From Octopus vulgaris (lineage: Eukaryota), in the NCBI GenBank assembly GCA_951406725.2, contig OX597814.1, positions 175,088,001-175,152,000 on the forward strand: DNA of 64,000 nucleotides, given 5' to 3'. Position numbers and translations under genes: made by a program. Each line of letters starts with the position of its first letter. Position 1 is the stretch's first letter. Under the pieces are notes generated by a model that made no database searches, was not told the origin of the DNA, and saw nothing but the letters and a program-made list of their open reading frames with translations. Below are positions 62,173 to 64,000 of this stretch, one piece after another.

Positions 62173-62239
62173 GTTAGTACTGTTAGTCATTCATAATGTT
62201 TAATTTTCTTCTTTGTAGAACAGGATAGAAGTATTAGTC

Positions 62240-62600
62240 TAAATATATTTGTTCCATTTTTTTGCGCAGCATTTCGTGGTTGCATTCCACCCATCTTCTT
62301 TTGATACTCCATTAACTTAAAGTGTTATTGTTTCTTAAGAACGCCTCAAAATTTTTCCAGTAGGTTTTCATTTGGAACCTGACAAAGGATTTCGTACATT
62401 TTGTCAATCAGTTTTAACATCAGAATGTTAGATTTATTTATTTACATAGCTTTCTTTCATAGTAACATTATCCTTTGTCAAGATTCTGATATTTTGTGCC
62501 TGCATTTCCTCAACCCTGTATGTTTGTTTTCAAGAAAATCTTTCTGTTAATTCCTACTCTAAGATGTTTTTGTATTTGTTGTATGGATTAAAAAGAAAAA
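62240..62600 (-). mobile_element. Possible Penelope-like RT remnant
   Basis: With one frameshift the minus strand gives DKG/NVTMKESYVNK....SD, like the PLE DKG...V.....Y..K...L.D motif. Confidence 0.3.
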
Positions 62601-64000
62601 CATTTCTATTGAACTTTAAAATAGGTAAATTAATATCCATATATTTAAACAATTAATGCTACTATTGTTTATTAAGAGTAACCTTTGTTCTATCTATTAT
62701 CTTTCATGTTAGTTTTCCATTTTATTAGTGCAATGTTTAAAAGAAGCTTACCTGTATTAAGCAGTTTTGCTATTACACTGGTCTATATTGATAAGGGTTA
62801 AGTATTTGGTAATCAATTGTTGTTTGAAAAATGAATAGATTAAGAAAAACAAATTTTGTTTCTGATTTAACTTTTGTTACTTATATAATTGACATAGTTT
62901 TTTTTTAAATTACTGATGCATTAAGAGTGTTTTTTGATGCTATGGTTTACTATAAAATAAACTTTTAGATGCTTTATACTACCTCACAATGGACAGAAAA
63001 GGAGGGATCAGTTGAATCAGTTTCAGTTTTTACTGAGATGTCATCAGCAACTGACTGTCTTTAACTGTTCGTGGTGACATTGTATTTATAGCCATTATTA
63101 TTAAGGGTTTTATTTAACTGGATATACTGATTTGCATAAATGTTGCCTTTCTTGGCAGTGAGTTTAATTAATAAATTAGGCATTAGTTTAATTAATTTAC
63201 ACATAAAATGTTGATTGAAATCTAGGTTTATTTTCATTTTTGCAGTCATATTAATACTATATCAATTTGCTCAAACACATCTTACTCAAATTTTTCAGTT
63301 AATTTCATTATCAAAATGTTTGTAAAACTTTAGTGTTTCTCTTTCCCCAAGTAGGGAAGAAATTGATTGCTTATTATTTATAAAGCAAAATAGATCTTCC
63401 TTGTGAGAAGTTTAAAATTTAAGTTTTATTATTTAAAGCTATATGGAATTCAACAAACTATTTTACCATTTTCAATGATATTTTATTTCAATTTCAACAA
63501 CCAAAAAAATTATCTTCACTCTATTCCCTTATTCTTTTATACTCTCATATGCATATTCCTGTTGGCATTGTTACTCCAAATTTCAGAATTTCCCTTTTTT
63601 TTTTATTGAAATGCCAAGATTAACACTGGTTATAGGGCTTTTTTTCTCTTATTTTTTAAACTGTGTATCGAAGTCCCTAAATGATTTAAAGATTATAATC
63701 ATTTGCATTTTGTGTGAGAAAGGCAGAGATAAAGAGAAAACGGGACACAGAATATATTTTGGATTTTATTTATTTAAAAAAATGTCTGATGGAATACAGA
63801 TTCATGTTATTCCACATGCTATTTTATTTGGCTTTTCACAACTACTTTGCTTTCTTTCACTAGTTTTGATCTGTTTCTGACATTTCGTTGCTTTAGTTCT
63901 GACCACTAGTTTTTGCTTTACATTTTATTGGGATGGAATATATTGGGATATTTTAGCATGGATTTGTTTTTTATACAGCTGCATTTTATCTTCCAAATCA

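Noticed and set aside
62969-63077. Next or alternative terminal TRAPPC8 exon
   Set aside because: Poor acceptor context, and the peptide lacks the expected FxWxG-type C-terminal motif. The true next exon is probably beyond 64000.

Overview
AT-rich, repeat-dense eukaryotic DNA. The SINE, RTE and MITE families resemble those I know from octopus (coleoid cephalopod); this organism call is an inference. The window lies inside one + strand gene, TRAPPC8 (Trs85, TRAPPIII subunit). I traced 23 GT-AG coding exons by hand from 30003 to 62172. They join in one open, phase-consistent frame (3509 nt, about 1169 aa); the N- and C-terminal exons lie outside the window. Positions 1-30002 appear to be one intron of at least 30 kb with a phase-0 3' end. 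It holds candidate cassette exons: in-frame 42-nt, 12-nt and weaker 36-nt exons, plus stop-containing poison exons. The introns also carry a full-length decayed mariner, piggyBac-type MITEs, four SINE-like families, RTE/CR1 remnants and minisatellites. There is also a 254-bp spacer-less palindrome inside an insertion flanked by a 13-bp direct repeat. No database searches or folding programs were run; homology calls are from recalled motifs.
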